64,000 nucleotides of DNA from assembly GCF_963921235.1 (NCBI RefSeq), contig NC_086097.1, positions 22,074,001 to 22,138,000 of the forward strand, in the 5' to 3' direction. The DNA comes from Mobula hypostoma (taxonomy: Eukaryota). Of the stretch, positions 12,075 to 23,899 are shown piece by piece. A program made the position numbers and the translations under genes. The first letter of the stretch is position 1. Each line of letters opens with the position of its first letter. Below the pieces are notes generated by a model that saw only the letters and a program-made list of their open reading frames with translations, ran no database searches and had not been told where the DNA came from.

Positions 12075-13105
12075 GTAAAAGGATTGTAAGGGATAAAATT
12101 GGTCCTCTTGAAGATCAGAGTGGTTGGCTATGTGCGGAACCAAAAGAAATGGGGGAGATCTTAAATGGGTTTTTTGCATCTGTATTTACTGGCAGATGGA
12201 GTTTAATACAGACAAGTGTGAGGTATTGCACTTTGGAAGGACAAACCAAGGTAGAACATACAGGGTAAATGGTAAGGCACTGAGGAGTGCAGTACAACAG
12301 AGGGATCTGGGAATACAGATACAAAATTCCCTAGAAGTGGCATCACAGGTAGATAGGGTCGTAAAGAGAGCTTTTGGTACATTGCAACACACATCAAAGT
12401 TGCTGGTGAACGCAGCAGGCCAGACAGCATCTCTAGGAAGAGGTACAGTCGACGTTTCTGGTACACTTTTTGGTACATTGGCCTTTATTAATCCAAGTAT
12501 TGAGTATAAGAGCTGGAATGTTATGATGAGGTTGTATAAGGCACTAGTGAGGCTGAATCTGGAGTATTGTGTTCAGTTTTGGTCCCCAAGTTACAGGAAG
12601 GATATAAATAAGGTTGAAAGAGTGCAGAGAAGGTTTACAAGGATGTTGTCGGGACTTGAGAAACTCAGTTACAGAGAAAGGTTGAATAGGTTAGGACTTT
12701 ATTCCCTGGAGCGTAGAAGAATGAGGGGAGATTTGATAAAGGTATATAAAATTATGATGGGTATAGATAGAGTGAATGCAAGCAGGCTTTTTCCACTGAG
12801 GCAAGGGGAGAAAAAAACCAGAGGACATGGGTTAAGGATGAAGGGGGAAAAGTTTAAAGGGAACATTAGGTGGGGCTTCTTCACACAGAGAGTGGTGGGA
12901 GTGTGGAATGGGCTGCCAGATGAGGTGGTAAATGTAGGTTCTTTTTTAACATTTAAGAATAAATTGGACAGATACATGGATGGGAGGTGTATGGAGGGAT
13001 ACGGTCCGTGTGCAGGTCAGTGGGACTAGGCAGAAAATGGTTCGGCACAGCCAAGAAGGGCCAAAAGGCCAGTTCCTGTGCTGTAGTTTTTCTATGGTTT
13101 CTATG
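12075..13105 (+). mobile_element. Younger CR1 fragment nested in CR1, with an internal deletion
   Basis: ORF 12124-13029 is the RT C-terminal region. The sequence jumps from FFASVFT to WQMEFN at about 12190. Ends in a TTTCTATGG repeat tail. Confidence 0.88.
12385..12467 (-). mobile_element. Penelope pseudo-LTR fragment inserted in frame in CR1 ORF2
   Basis: Reverse complement matches 24487-24556; flanked by duplicated TTTTGGTACATTG (12372-12384 and 12468-12480). Confidence 0.8.
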
Positions 13106-13841
13106 GATCTCATTGAAATCTACTGAATGTTGAAAGGACTAGATAAGGTGGATGAGGGGAGGATGTTTCCTCCGGTGGAGGTATCCAGAACTAGAGGGCA
13201 CAGCCTCAAAATTGAGGAGCAACCTTTTAGAACAGAAGCAAGGAGGAATTTTTTAGCCAAAGGGTGCTGAAACTGTGGAATGCTCTGCCACAGACTGCGG
13301 TGGAGGCCAAGTCTGTGGGTATATTTAAAGTGGAAGTTGATAAATTCCTGATTGGTCGAGACATCAAGAGATATGGTGAAAGGGCAGGTGTATGGGTTGA
13401 ATGGGATCTGGAATCAGCTATGATGAAATGGTGGAACAGACTCGATGTGCTGAGTGGCTAATTCCACTCCTATATCTTATAGACTTATGGACTGGTTTTC
13501 AAGTATCTCACATACATAAGTTCTTTGTCCTTCTCCCTCCTTGTGAGTCAGACTGATTACCCTCCCATTTGTGAGGTCTGTCCAAACAGCTTCCATTTCA
13601 TTTAATTTCAGATTTTTTTAGACTGTATTTTTACATCAATTCATTGGCTGCGCAGCAAGGCTAACATTTCTCGCCCATTGCTCCTTGTTAGGTAAAGGTG
13701 GTGGAGAGTACTATCGACCCTTTGGTACAAATGAACTGGAATTGGAATTGTTAATGGGGTTACTATTGTCATGACTACCAAGATACAGTGAAAAGTCTTT
13801 CTTTACCTGCCATCCAGACAGATCATTCTAAACATAAGTAT

Positions 13842-16800
13842 ATAAGACCATAAGACAAAGGAGCAGAAGTCGGCCATTCGGCCCATCAAGTCTGCTCTGC
13901 CATTTTATCATGAGCTGATCCATTCTCCCATTTAGTCCCACTCCCCCGCCTTCTCACCATAACCTTTGATGCCCTAGCTACTCAGATACCTATCAATCTC
14001 TGCCTTAAATACACCCAATGACTTGGCCTCCACTGCCACCGGTGGCAACAAATTCCACAGATTCACCACCCTCTGGCTAAAAAAATTTCTTTGCATCTCT
14101 GTTCTGAATGGGCGCCCTTCAATCCTTAAGTCATGCCCTCTCGTACTAGACTCCCCCATCATGGGAAACAACTTTGCCACATTCACTCTGTCCATGCCTT
14201 TCAACATTCGAAATGTTTCTATGAGGTCCCCCCTCATTCTTCTAAACTCCAAGGAGTACAGTTCAAGAGCGGACAAACGTTCCTCATATGTTAACCTTCT
14301 CATTCCCAGAATCATTCTAGTGAACCTTCTCTGTACCCTCTCCAACGTCAGCACATCCTTTCTTAAATAAGGAGCCCAGAACTGCCCACAGTACTCCAAG
14401 TGAGGTCTTACCAGTGCCTTATAGAGCCTCAACATCACATCCCTGCTCCTATACTCTATTCCTCTAGAAATGAATGCCAACATTGCATTCGCCTTCTTCA
14501 CCACCGACTCAACCTGGAGGTTAACCTTAAGGGTATCCTGCACGAGGACTCCCAAGTCCTGTTGCATCTCAGAACTTTGAATTCTCTCCCCATTTAAATA
14601 ATAGTCTGCCCATTTATTTCTTCTGCTAAAGTGCATAACCATACACTTTCCAACATTGTATTTCATTTGCCACTTCTTTGTCCATTCTCCCAATCTATCC
14701 AAGTCTCTCTGCAGACTCTCGGTTTCCTCAGCACTACCGGCCCCTCCACCTATCTTTGTATCATCAGCAAACTTAGCCACAAAGCCATCTATTCCATAAT
14801 CCAAATCGTTGGTGTACAACGTAAAAAGGAGCGGCCCCAACATGGACCCCTGTGGAACACCACTGGTAACCGGCAGCCAACCAGAATAGGATCCCTTTAT
14901 TCCCACTCTCTGTTTCCTGCCAATCAGCCAACGCTCTATCCACGTATGTAACTATCCCATAATTCCATGGGCTCTTATCTTGTTAAGTAGCCTCACGTGT
15001 GGCACTTTGTCAAAGGCCTTCTGAAAATCCAAATATACAACATCCACTGCATCTCCCTTGTCTAGCCGACTGGTAATTTCCTCAAAAAATTGCAATAGGT
15101 TTGTCAGGCAGGATTTTCCTTTAAGGAAACGATGCTGAGTTCTGCCTATCTTGTCATATGCCTCCAGGTACTCTGTAACCTCATCCTTGACAATCGACCC
15201 CAACAATTTCCCAACCACCAATGTGAAGCTAACAGGTCTATAATTTCCTTCTTGCTTTCTTGCCCCCTTCTTAAATAGCGGAGTGACATTTGCAATCTTC
15301 CAGTCCTCCGGAACCATGCCAGAATCTATTGACTTTTGAAAGATCATTGCTAATGCCTCTGCAATCTCCACAGCTACTTCCTTCAGAACACGAGGGTGCA
15401 TTCTATCTGGTCCGGGAGATTTTTCTACCCTTAGACTATTCAGCTTCCTGAGTACTTTCTCTGTCGTAATTGTGACTGCGCACACTTCTCTTCCCTGCCA
15501 CCCTTGAGTGTCCGGTATACTGCTGATGTCTTCCTCAGTGAAGACTGATGCAAAATACTCGTTCATTTCCTCCGCCATCTCCCTATCTCCCATTACAATT
15601 TCTCCAGCATCTTTTTCCATCAGTCCTATATCTACTCTCACCTGTCTTTTACTCTTTATAAACTTGAAAAAGCTTTTAGTATCCTCTTTGATATTATTTG
15701 CTAGTTTCCTTTCATAGTTCATCTTTACCCTCTTAATAACCTTCTTAGTTTCCTTTTGTAAGCTTTTAAAAACTTCCCAATCCTCTGTCTTCCCACTAAT
15801 TTTTGCTTCCTTTTATGCCCTCCCTTTGCTTTAACTTTGGCTTCGATTTCTCTTGTCAGCCATGGTTGCAACCTTTTTCCATTCAAAAAATTCTTCTTTT
15901 TTGGAATATATCTATCTTGCACCTTCCTCACTTCTCGCATAAACTCCAGCCACTGCTGCTCTGCCGTCCTACCCGCTATTGTCCCTTTCCAGTCAGCTTT
16001 GGCCATTTCCTCTCTCATGCCACTGTAATTTCCTTTACTCCACTGAAATACCGACAAATCGCATTTCAGCTTCTCTTTCTCAAATTTCGCAGTGAACTCA
16101 ATCATGTTATGATCACTGCCTCCTAAGGGTTCCTTCACCTCAATCTCTCTAATCACCTCCAGTTCATTACACAATACCCAATCCAGTACAGCCGATCCCC
16201 TAGTGGGCTCAACAACAAGCTGTTCGAAAAAGCGATCTTGTAGACATTCTACAAATTCTCTCTCTTGAGATCCAGTGCCGACTGGATTTTCCCAATCCAC
16301 TCGCATGTTAAAATCCCCCACAATTATCATAACACTGCCCTTCTGACAAGCCTTTTCTATCTCCTGTTGTAATTTGTAGTCCACATCACTGCAGCTGTTA
16401 GGAGGCCTATATATGACTGCCATCAGGGTCCTTTTACCCCTGCGATTTCTTAGCTCAACCCATAAAGATTCTGCATCTTCTGATCCTATGCCACCTCTTT
16501 CTAATGATTTAATATCATTTCTTACAAATAAAGCCACGCCTGCCCCTCTGCCTACCTTCCTATCCTTCCGATACACCGTGTATCCTTGGACGTTCAGCTC
16601 CCAGAGACATGCATCCTTTAGCCACGTCTCAGTGATGGCCACAATATCATATGTGCCAACCTGTAGCTGTATGATAAGATCATCCACCTTATTCCTTATG
16701 CTGCGTGCAACTCATCCCAATGGCTGCAAATTTGCCCCATCACCTGCCTGTCCTTCCTGACATCTTTACTGCTCACTATCTTAGATTTATTTCTGTGTTC

Positions 16801-16980
16801 CCCCTCCTCCATTCTATCATTCCAGTTCCCTTCCCCCTGCCAAATTAGTTCAAATCCTCCCTAACAGCTCTATTAAACCTTCCCGCCAGGATACTGGTCC
16901 CCTTCGGGTTTAGGTGTAACCCGTCCTTTTTGAACAGGTCATACTTCCCCCAGAAGAGATCCCAATGATCCAAGAAACTG
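13842..16980 (-). mobile_element. Best-preserved CR1 LINE: end of ORF1 plus near-complete ORF2 (APE endonuclease and RT)
   Basis: ORFs 15725-16687 (TETW, YRPP, GDFN, SDHN), 14952-15722 (NYRPVS, YLDFQKAFDKV) and 13974-14906 (GVPQGS, FADD). One frameshift near 15820 and one in-frame TAG at 14952-14954. (CATAAGAC)n tail. Confidence 0.95.
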
Positions 16981-18106
16981 AAGGTAGTACAAATGGGAAA
17001 AGCAGTAACACAATGGTATTATAGTTAGAGAGAAAGAGTAGTGCAGGGATACAAGTAAAGTGCAAGGACCACAATGAGATAGATTGAGAGATCGAGTTTA
17101 TTGTACAAGACATCCCTTCAAGATTCTGACCTTGAGCTTGGTGCACCTCAAAGACAATGTTATCAAACAGTTGTATATTCTGTCTAATGGAAGAGGAGTG
17201 GGGAAGAAGAGGGAATGATGAGGATTGGAGGGGTTTTGATTATTTTGCAATTTCTGCTACCATTCCTTGTGTTACTCTAAGTTTACAGTGACATATAGTT
17301 TAGGTTTTCTTCTCTGAAGGATATCTTCCAACTGCAAGGTTTCAGAAAACCCCATTGTTTCAGTCATGATCATTACTACTGATATCCGCAGATTACATAA
17401 TAAATTGAATTTATATTCCCCTGTTTCCCTTGTGGGATTGGAGCTCAAATACTCGGATGATTAGTCAAGATCTTTGGATCCCAGTCCAGTAAGTGACCAC
17501 CGAGCTACTGTAGCCTGAGTCTGGGTGAAGATGTCACTTACTGTGGCCTAATACCAGCTCTCATCGGCTGGACTCAGAGTGGGACATGGGAGGACTTCAA
17601 AGTCATAGTTCTGAAAACATCTGAAGCAATTAGCCCGGAATCAAGTCACCAAATCAATAATTTAAAAACAAAAAAGATGAGTTCAGATCTCTCTATGGTA
17701 AATTGAGATTATGAATCAGTTTAGAAATATAAATTAGACTACCATTAAAAGACCCAGGCATGAACCTGAAGAGTAATGAAGTAGGCTTGATGATTCTAAT
17801 GGCCATCTCTAGCTCCTGTTGCTTATAGAAAAATACAGAAACATAGAAAATCTCAGCACATTACAGGATCTTCGGCCCACAATGTTGTGCTGACTATGTA
17901 ACCTCCACTAAAAGCTGCCTGGAATTTCCCTACCGCATAGCCCTCTATTTTTCTAAGCTCCATGTACCTATCTAAGAATTTCTTAAAAGACCCTATTGCA
18001 TCCTCTTCTCCCACCTTCGCTGGCAGTGCATTCCGCGCATAAGATATGTTATCTTGTTTTGTTGGAATCCTTCAATCCTACCTTGCTTACCTCTCTTGCT
18101 CCTACT

Positions 18107-18176
18107 CTGCTCTAAGCCCCACCCACACTGCTCCAAGCCCCACCCACACTGCTCCAAGCCCACCCCTCTGCTCCAA
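18107..18176. repeat. 21-bp tandem repeat, about 3 copies
   Basis: Unit CTGCTCCAAGCCCCACCCACA. Confidence 0.8.
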
Positions 18177-19004
18177 TCTCCTCCCCCTTTGTTTCCTGTT
18201 GCCCTGTCAATTTATTTTTGTTATTTAATATGTAAATAATTCCTCTTTATCAGATACACTTACTGCAACAGTGCCCCTGCTGTCACACTAAATATTACTG
18301 TAGAATTACTCTGACATAAATGGGCTCCCCCAAGGCTAATGATAAAGGTATTATGGTGTGTGGTGTTGTGCTTGATTTTAACTCACAAGATGCTTTTTCA
18401 CTCCTCCATTATAATAAGAGGCAGGTGGCACATAAGCTGATCATTGAATTAGCATTACATAGACACCAGCACCATTTAATTTCTGTTTATTGGTAATATT
18501 AATTCATCCTCTGGCTCTCTTCTCTCTTCACATTCTCAACACATTAGAACTGCCCCTTTCTGTTTCTAATGTTTCCTCTTTTTACGATGGGGAAGTTCAA
18601 TGTCAGCTTTCATCAGCCCGGCTTCTCCAGCCAGTGAGGTGCTTGTGAACTATTGTCAGGTCATGGTCAGATTACACTCAGCCATGTGATAGTGGACAGT
18701 TACCAAAGACGTGCAGGTTGCCAGGTTAATTAGTCAATATGACTTGCCTCAGCTTGTCTGCATTTGGAAGTTTAAAGCGAAGGCAGGGAACATTTTGGAG
18801 AGTAAGACGTATCCAGCTCACCACCTTGCCCTCAGTTTCAGTTTCAGGTTTATTTACACGAGCAGGCTATTGTGCCCAGCCAGCCCATACTGGCTCTCTG
18901 TTTGTGCATGTCATCCAAAACTTCAACAAATGCCTATGGATACACAGTTGAGTGTATCCTGACTGGTCTATTATGGCCAACAATGGATAAGCCAACAAAA
19001 AGTA

Positions 19005-19378
19005 ATGAATATTGAACTATCCTTCCAGTAAGCAAATATCCCTCCCCCTTCTTGTATTCCCTACTCTGACCTTTCACTTTTCACCTGCCTATTACTTCCC
19101 CCCCGGGTCCCCTCTTCCTTCCCTTTCTCCTATGGTCCATTCTCCTCTCCTATTAGTTTCTTTCTTCTCCAACCCCTGACCTTTTCCACCTATCTGGCTT
19201 CTCCTATCACCTTCCAGCTAGCCTCTATCCCCTGCCCCCACCTTCTTATTCAAGTATTTCACCCCTTCCCTCTCAGTCCTGAAGAAGGGTCTCGGCCCAA
19301 AACATCGACTGTTTACTCTTTTCTGTAGGTGCTGCCTGCTCTGTTTAGTTCCTCCAGCACTTTGTGTGTGTTGCTCTG
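19005..19378 (+). mobile_element. Penelope-like pseudo-LTR fragment with a decayed hammerhead motif
   Basis: Pyrimidine-rich tract followed by CAGTC-CTGAAGA-AGGGTCTCGGCCC-AAAA-CATC-GACTG (19274-19311). Confidence 0.75.
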
Positions 19379-19695
19379 GATACAGCCCAGTCCATCAAAG
19401 GAAAGGCCCTTCCCACCTTTGAACACATCAATAAGGAACACTGCCACAAGAAAGCAGCATCTATCATCAAGGACCCCCAGTAGCCATAGTTTCTACTCAC
19501 TGCTGCCATTGGGAAGGAGGTACAGGAGTCTTAGGTTCCACACCACCAGGTTCAGGAACAGTTAATACTCTCCAATCATCAGGCTTTGAACTAGAGTTAC
19601 CTCAACATTGATTGATTCCAAACCTATGGACTCAGTTTCAAGGATTTTACAACTCATGTTTTCAATAATATTTATGTACTTATTTGTTTATTTCC
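19379..19695 (+). mobile_element. Rex1/Babar-type 3' fragment; its UTR resumes at about 22971-23165 (host of the Dong-like pair)
   Basis: LLPLGRRYRSLRFHTTRFRNS in ORF 19329-19565; the UTR motif TTTGTATTTGCACAGTTTG continues after 22980. Confidence 0.7.
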
Positions 19696-19696
19696 C

Positions 19697-20596
19697 CTCA
19701 GCTGAATCTGGTGAAACCTGAGGTACAGGCATAGCCAAGCATAGTCATCTGTCAATTGTAAGGAACCTTCAGACTCTTCTTGTGGTGTTTAGTATTATGG
19801 CTTTCTGAAGATTTACATGGATATTACTGTGTAGCCTTAAATGTTTAACACTATTGTGTAGAGTCTTTGGGATGATATACCATCAGGACAATGTATACCC
19901 TGTTCATGTTCCAAAGTCTTTCAATTTCCTCTTTTAATTCAGCATATTTCTGGTGCTTTTTATTTATTGATTTCTGTAAGTTATGTGTGTTTGGAATGGC
20001 TATATCTATTAAATAGGTTGTTCTTGCTTGTTTATCCTGTATGATTATATCTGGATGGTTAGTATGGATTGTCGTATCTGTAATAACTGATTGGTCATAA
20101 TATAATTTGTGATGTTCTGACTCTAAAACTGGATCGACTTGTATTAACAGTAAGGTGTGATTTCACTTATGATTTTGTATTTTAAAGCAAGATTTTGATG
20201 AATGATGTTTGCCACTTGATTGTGCCTGTGTATGTAATCAGATAGAGATAAACTGCTACGGGATCCTGTAATGCGTTGGTTATTTCTTGGCATTTTTTAC
20301 AGTTATCATTTTGAATTGTTTGGTCTTTTATTATGTATTTTTGATAATTTTTTTGTGTTAACCACCTGATCCTGTATTGTCACAAGGAGATGTTCTGTTT
20401 CTGCGAAGATGTCTCCAATCTGAGCCAGGCATTTGACGCTTCCTTGTCGGGACCTAGGCTGCTCAAATCATAGGGATATCATCCATGGAGGGCCATGCTC
20501 TTCCACTGGCTAACTTTTTCTTCACTAGTGATAATGCCTCCATTTTTCTGTGTTGCACTCTCATTTACGTTTAGTAGTGTGTACTTCTTATCAGAA
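19697..20596 (-). mobile_element. R4/Dong-clade non-LTR retrotransposon, copy 1 (3' 0.9 kb)
   Basis: Minus strand encodes a decayed C-x2-C knuckle and NHPDIIIQDKQARTTYLIDIA, a restriction-like endonuclease PD...D motif. Colinear with 20618-21874. Confidence 0.8.
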
Positions 20597-20608
20597 TTAT
20601 TATTATTT

Positions 20609-22965
20609 CATTTTTTTCTCAGCTGAATCTGGTAAAACCTGAGGTATTGGCATAACCAAGTACAGTCATTTGTCAATTGCAAGGAACCTTCAGACTCTCT
20701 CAATGATGTTTAGTATTGTGGCTCTCTGAAGATTTACTTAGATAGTATTGTGTAGCCCTAATTGTTTAATGCTATTGTGTAGTGCCTTTGTGATGACACC
20801 AGGTGTAGATATTTCTAATGGGACAATATATACCCTGTTCATGTTCCAAAGTCTTTCAATTTCCTCTTTTAATTCAGCATATTTCTGGTGTTTTTCACAT
20901 TGATTTTTGTAAGTTATGTGTGCTTGGAGTGGCTATATCTACGAAGTAAGTTGTTCTTGCTTGTTTATCCTGTATTATTATATCTGGTTGGTTATAGATT
21001 GCCCTGTTCTTATGGATTGTCCTGTCCGTAATAACAGATCGGTCATCATAAAATTTGTAATATTCTGATTCTAGAACTGGATCGGCTTGTATTAATAGTA
21101 AGGTGTGATTTCATTTATGAGTATGTACATTTTTTTTAGGCATCCGTTAGTCTCGTGAGACCATGAATTTGTGCCTTGGAAGGTTTCCAGGGCGCGGGCC
21201 TGGGCAAGGTTGTATGGAAGACCAGCAGTTGCCCATGCCGCAAGTCTCCCCTCTCCACGCCTCTGATGGTGTCCAAGGGGAGGGCATTAGGACCCATTAT
21301 GACCCTCTGGTGTCGTTGCAGAGCAATATGTGGTTAAGTTCCTTGCTCAAGGACACAACACGCTGCCGCAGCCAAGGCTCAAACTAGCGACCTTCAGATC
21401 ACTAGATGAACGCCTTAACCACTTGGCATCGCGTCAACACAGTATGTACTTTAAAGCAAGATCTTGATGAATGATGTCTGCCACTTGATTGTGCCTGTGT
21501 AAGTAATCAGATAAAGTTAAACTGCTACAGTATCCTGTAACCTGTTGGATTATTTTTGGCTTTTCTTGGCATTTTCTACATTTGTCATCTTGAATTTGTT
21601 GGTCTTTTATTATGTAGTTTTGCTATTTTTTTGTATTAACTCTCTGGTCCTATATTGCCGCAAGGAACCCTTCTGTTTCTGGGAAGAGGTCTCTAACTCT
21701 GAGCCAGGTGTTTGACACTTCCTTGTCCACGTCTAGTCTGCTCAGATCATGGGGATGTCTTCCATGGAGTGTCATGCTCTTCCATTAACTAGCTTTTCCC
21801 TCAATAGTGATAATGTCTTCATTTTTCCGGGCTGTGCTCTCATTTATGTTTAGTGTGTGTACTTCTTATCAGAACTGCATACGCTCGTGCGGAGTGCTGC
21901 TTCCTGTTTTTGTTGATGAACGTATATCGTTACAAGTTTTATCTGACTGTTGTGTAGATTTTTAATGTCTGTTATTCCTTTTCTCCCTTCTGTCCCAGGT
22001 AGTATTATTCTAAGCACATTCAAATGTACATGATGTTTTCTGAAATCTGCCATTTCAGTTTTTCTTTTTTCTTTGTAAATTTTCCAGCTCGAATTTGGAC
22101 CAAGATATTATGGCAAGAGAATACATTAATATAGAGATAGCAAAATTGTTTATTGCCCTTGTTATATTTTTACTGTTAAGCACTTTTTGGCAGATATTCT
22201 TATGCCTGCAGGTAAATTCTGTCAAAAGTTTTTCCTTTGTCACACTATAATCTATTTTCTGTGCTTGTTGATATCCCAGATACTTATATGTTTCATAATC
22301 AACCACCTGATGCTCTGTTTTGTATTCTATTCGCTCTATTGCACCATTCTTTATGTTTCATGTTCTGCACTCATTGAGTCCAAAGTTCATTTTCATATCT
22401 TTAGAAAATAGTTCTACTGCTTGAATTAATTGCTTTAACTTTACTGATGAAGGAGAGCAAAATTTCAAATCATTCATGTATAGGTGTGTTAAGGTATAGC
22501 TCATTTCGTTGTTTCTAATTTGATACCCAATCTTTATCCAATTCAGTAAATCAGAGAACAGGACTAAAGCTAGACAGAATCATAGTGGACTTAAAGAGTC
22601 ACCTTGGAAAATGCCTCGGTTTATTTTGATAATGGCGGTTGTTCTTTTTTGGTTGTTAGTAGATGGGGTGATTACAGTATGCTGATGCTTCATCAGATGT
22701 TACAGGAATTTCACAAGTATTGTTGTAGTTTATATATATTAGGGGCTTCTATTAACCATGCGTGTAGGACCGAGTCAAATGCCTTTTGGTTGTCGGGCTT
22801 GATTTAGAATTACAGAATCTATTATCAGTTGTTTTTTACATCCTTTCATATCTTTACGGCATCCCTTCTGTTCTTCTGTCAGTACACTGTGGTCATCTAA
22901 GTGAGTGGTGATAAGTTGCGAGACACATGATATTACAATTTTACATATAGTTTGAGACAAGTTGT
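20609..22965 (-). mobile_element. R4/Dong-clade non-LTR retrotransposon, copy 2 (RT, Zn knuckle and restriction-like endonuclease; 5'-truncated, decayed)
   Basis: LTEEQKGCRK...QLIID, QKAFDSV, IFQGDSLSPL, HLYMNDLK (YMDD decayed), YKYLG, AINNFAISILMYS, DKCRKC and NQPDIIIQDKQARTTYFVDIA. Confidence 0.85.
21129..21440 (-). mobile_element. tRNA-derived CORE-type SINE inserted in Dong-like copy 2
   Basis: 9-bp TSD AGTATGTAC (21120-21128 and 21441-21449); absent from copy 1. A-box-like TGCCAAGTGG, B-box-like GTTTGAGCC, MIR-like GTGTCCTTGAGCAAGGAACTTAACC core and an oligo-A tail. Confidence 0.85.
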
Positions 22966-23899
22966 TATGATTATTATTATTAGTCTTTTTGTATTTGCAC
23001 AGTTTGTCTTCTTCTGCATATTAGTTGTCAGTCTTTGTGTGTAGTTTTTCACAGAATCTATTGTTTTTTTTGTTCTACTGTGAATGACTGCAAGAAAATT
23101 ACTCTAAAGGTTGCAGGTGGTGACATTTATCTATTTTGATAATAAGTTTAGTTTGAACTTCAAACTGAAATTATTGGTGTCCATTACCCTCCTGAACTTA
23201 ACATTGAAGATATTTACTATCTTCACTTCCAAAAATGTAGTGTTCCCAACACTGGCCCTTCTGATGGAATGCCAGAGACCAGAACGGGGGAAGGGGTGGT
23301 GACAAGCAAGCAAGGGATGATGTGGTGGTTCAGTGCTTGTGTTATTCAGTCTGACCGTAAGGGGAGTGGACTAATGATGCAGGGAGTGGTGAGTTCTCGA
23401 CCCACTCTAATCTCAGTTCCAGCACAGAGGGAGGCCATGCAACCTGTTGAGTCTGTGTCATCCCTTCGTAGGCTGCTCCGGTCAGTCATGACTCAGCAAA
23501 TTTTATATTTAAATATATTCATCCACTGCTCTTTCGAAAGAAGTGCATTTTTCCTACCTCCCTCTCAGACCATGAATCCCACGGGAAAACCATTCTCGCC
23601 ATGAAATAACTTCTCTTCGCGTCACCCCTGCATCTTGCGCCAGTCACTTTAAGACTATAAGACATAGGAGCAGAGTGAGGCAACTCAGTCCATTGAGCTT
23701 ACTCTGCCATTCCATCATGACCGATCTATCATCCCTCTCAATCCCATTCTTCTGCCTTTCCCCCATAACCTTCGACGCCTTGACTAAACAAAAACCTATC
23801 TTTACAATTGTCCTGGGAAATTTCACTGCACCTTAAATCTGCATTGCTTAAAATCTATGGCACCAACTTGGTTGTGAACCATCCGCTCACTGCAACTGC

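Larger units (their letters stand above)
11740..13490 (+). mobile_element. CR1 3' fragment (host), split by a younger CR1
   Basis: ORF 11797-12078 (LERVQRRFT...EFRRMRG) resumes after 13105 as GATCTCATTGAA (DLIE); TCTTATAGACTTATGG tail. Confidence 0.85.

Noticed and set aside
12124..13029. 301-aa ORF as a host or novel gene
   Set aside because: It is a CR1 ORF2 C-terminal fragment with an internal deletion and an in-frame Penelope insert, and it lacks the catalytic RT core.
14023..16760. Plus-strand ORFs overlapping the CR1
   Set aside because: Antisense shadows of the minus-strand CR1 ORF2.
21370..21440. tRNA gene
   Set aside because: The tRNA-like head belongs to a TSD-flanked SINE, and no complete cloverleaf is evident. 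The same applies to the other SINE heads.
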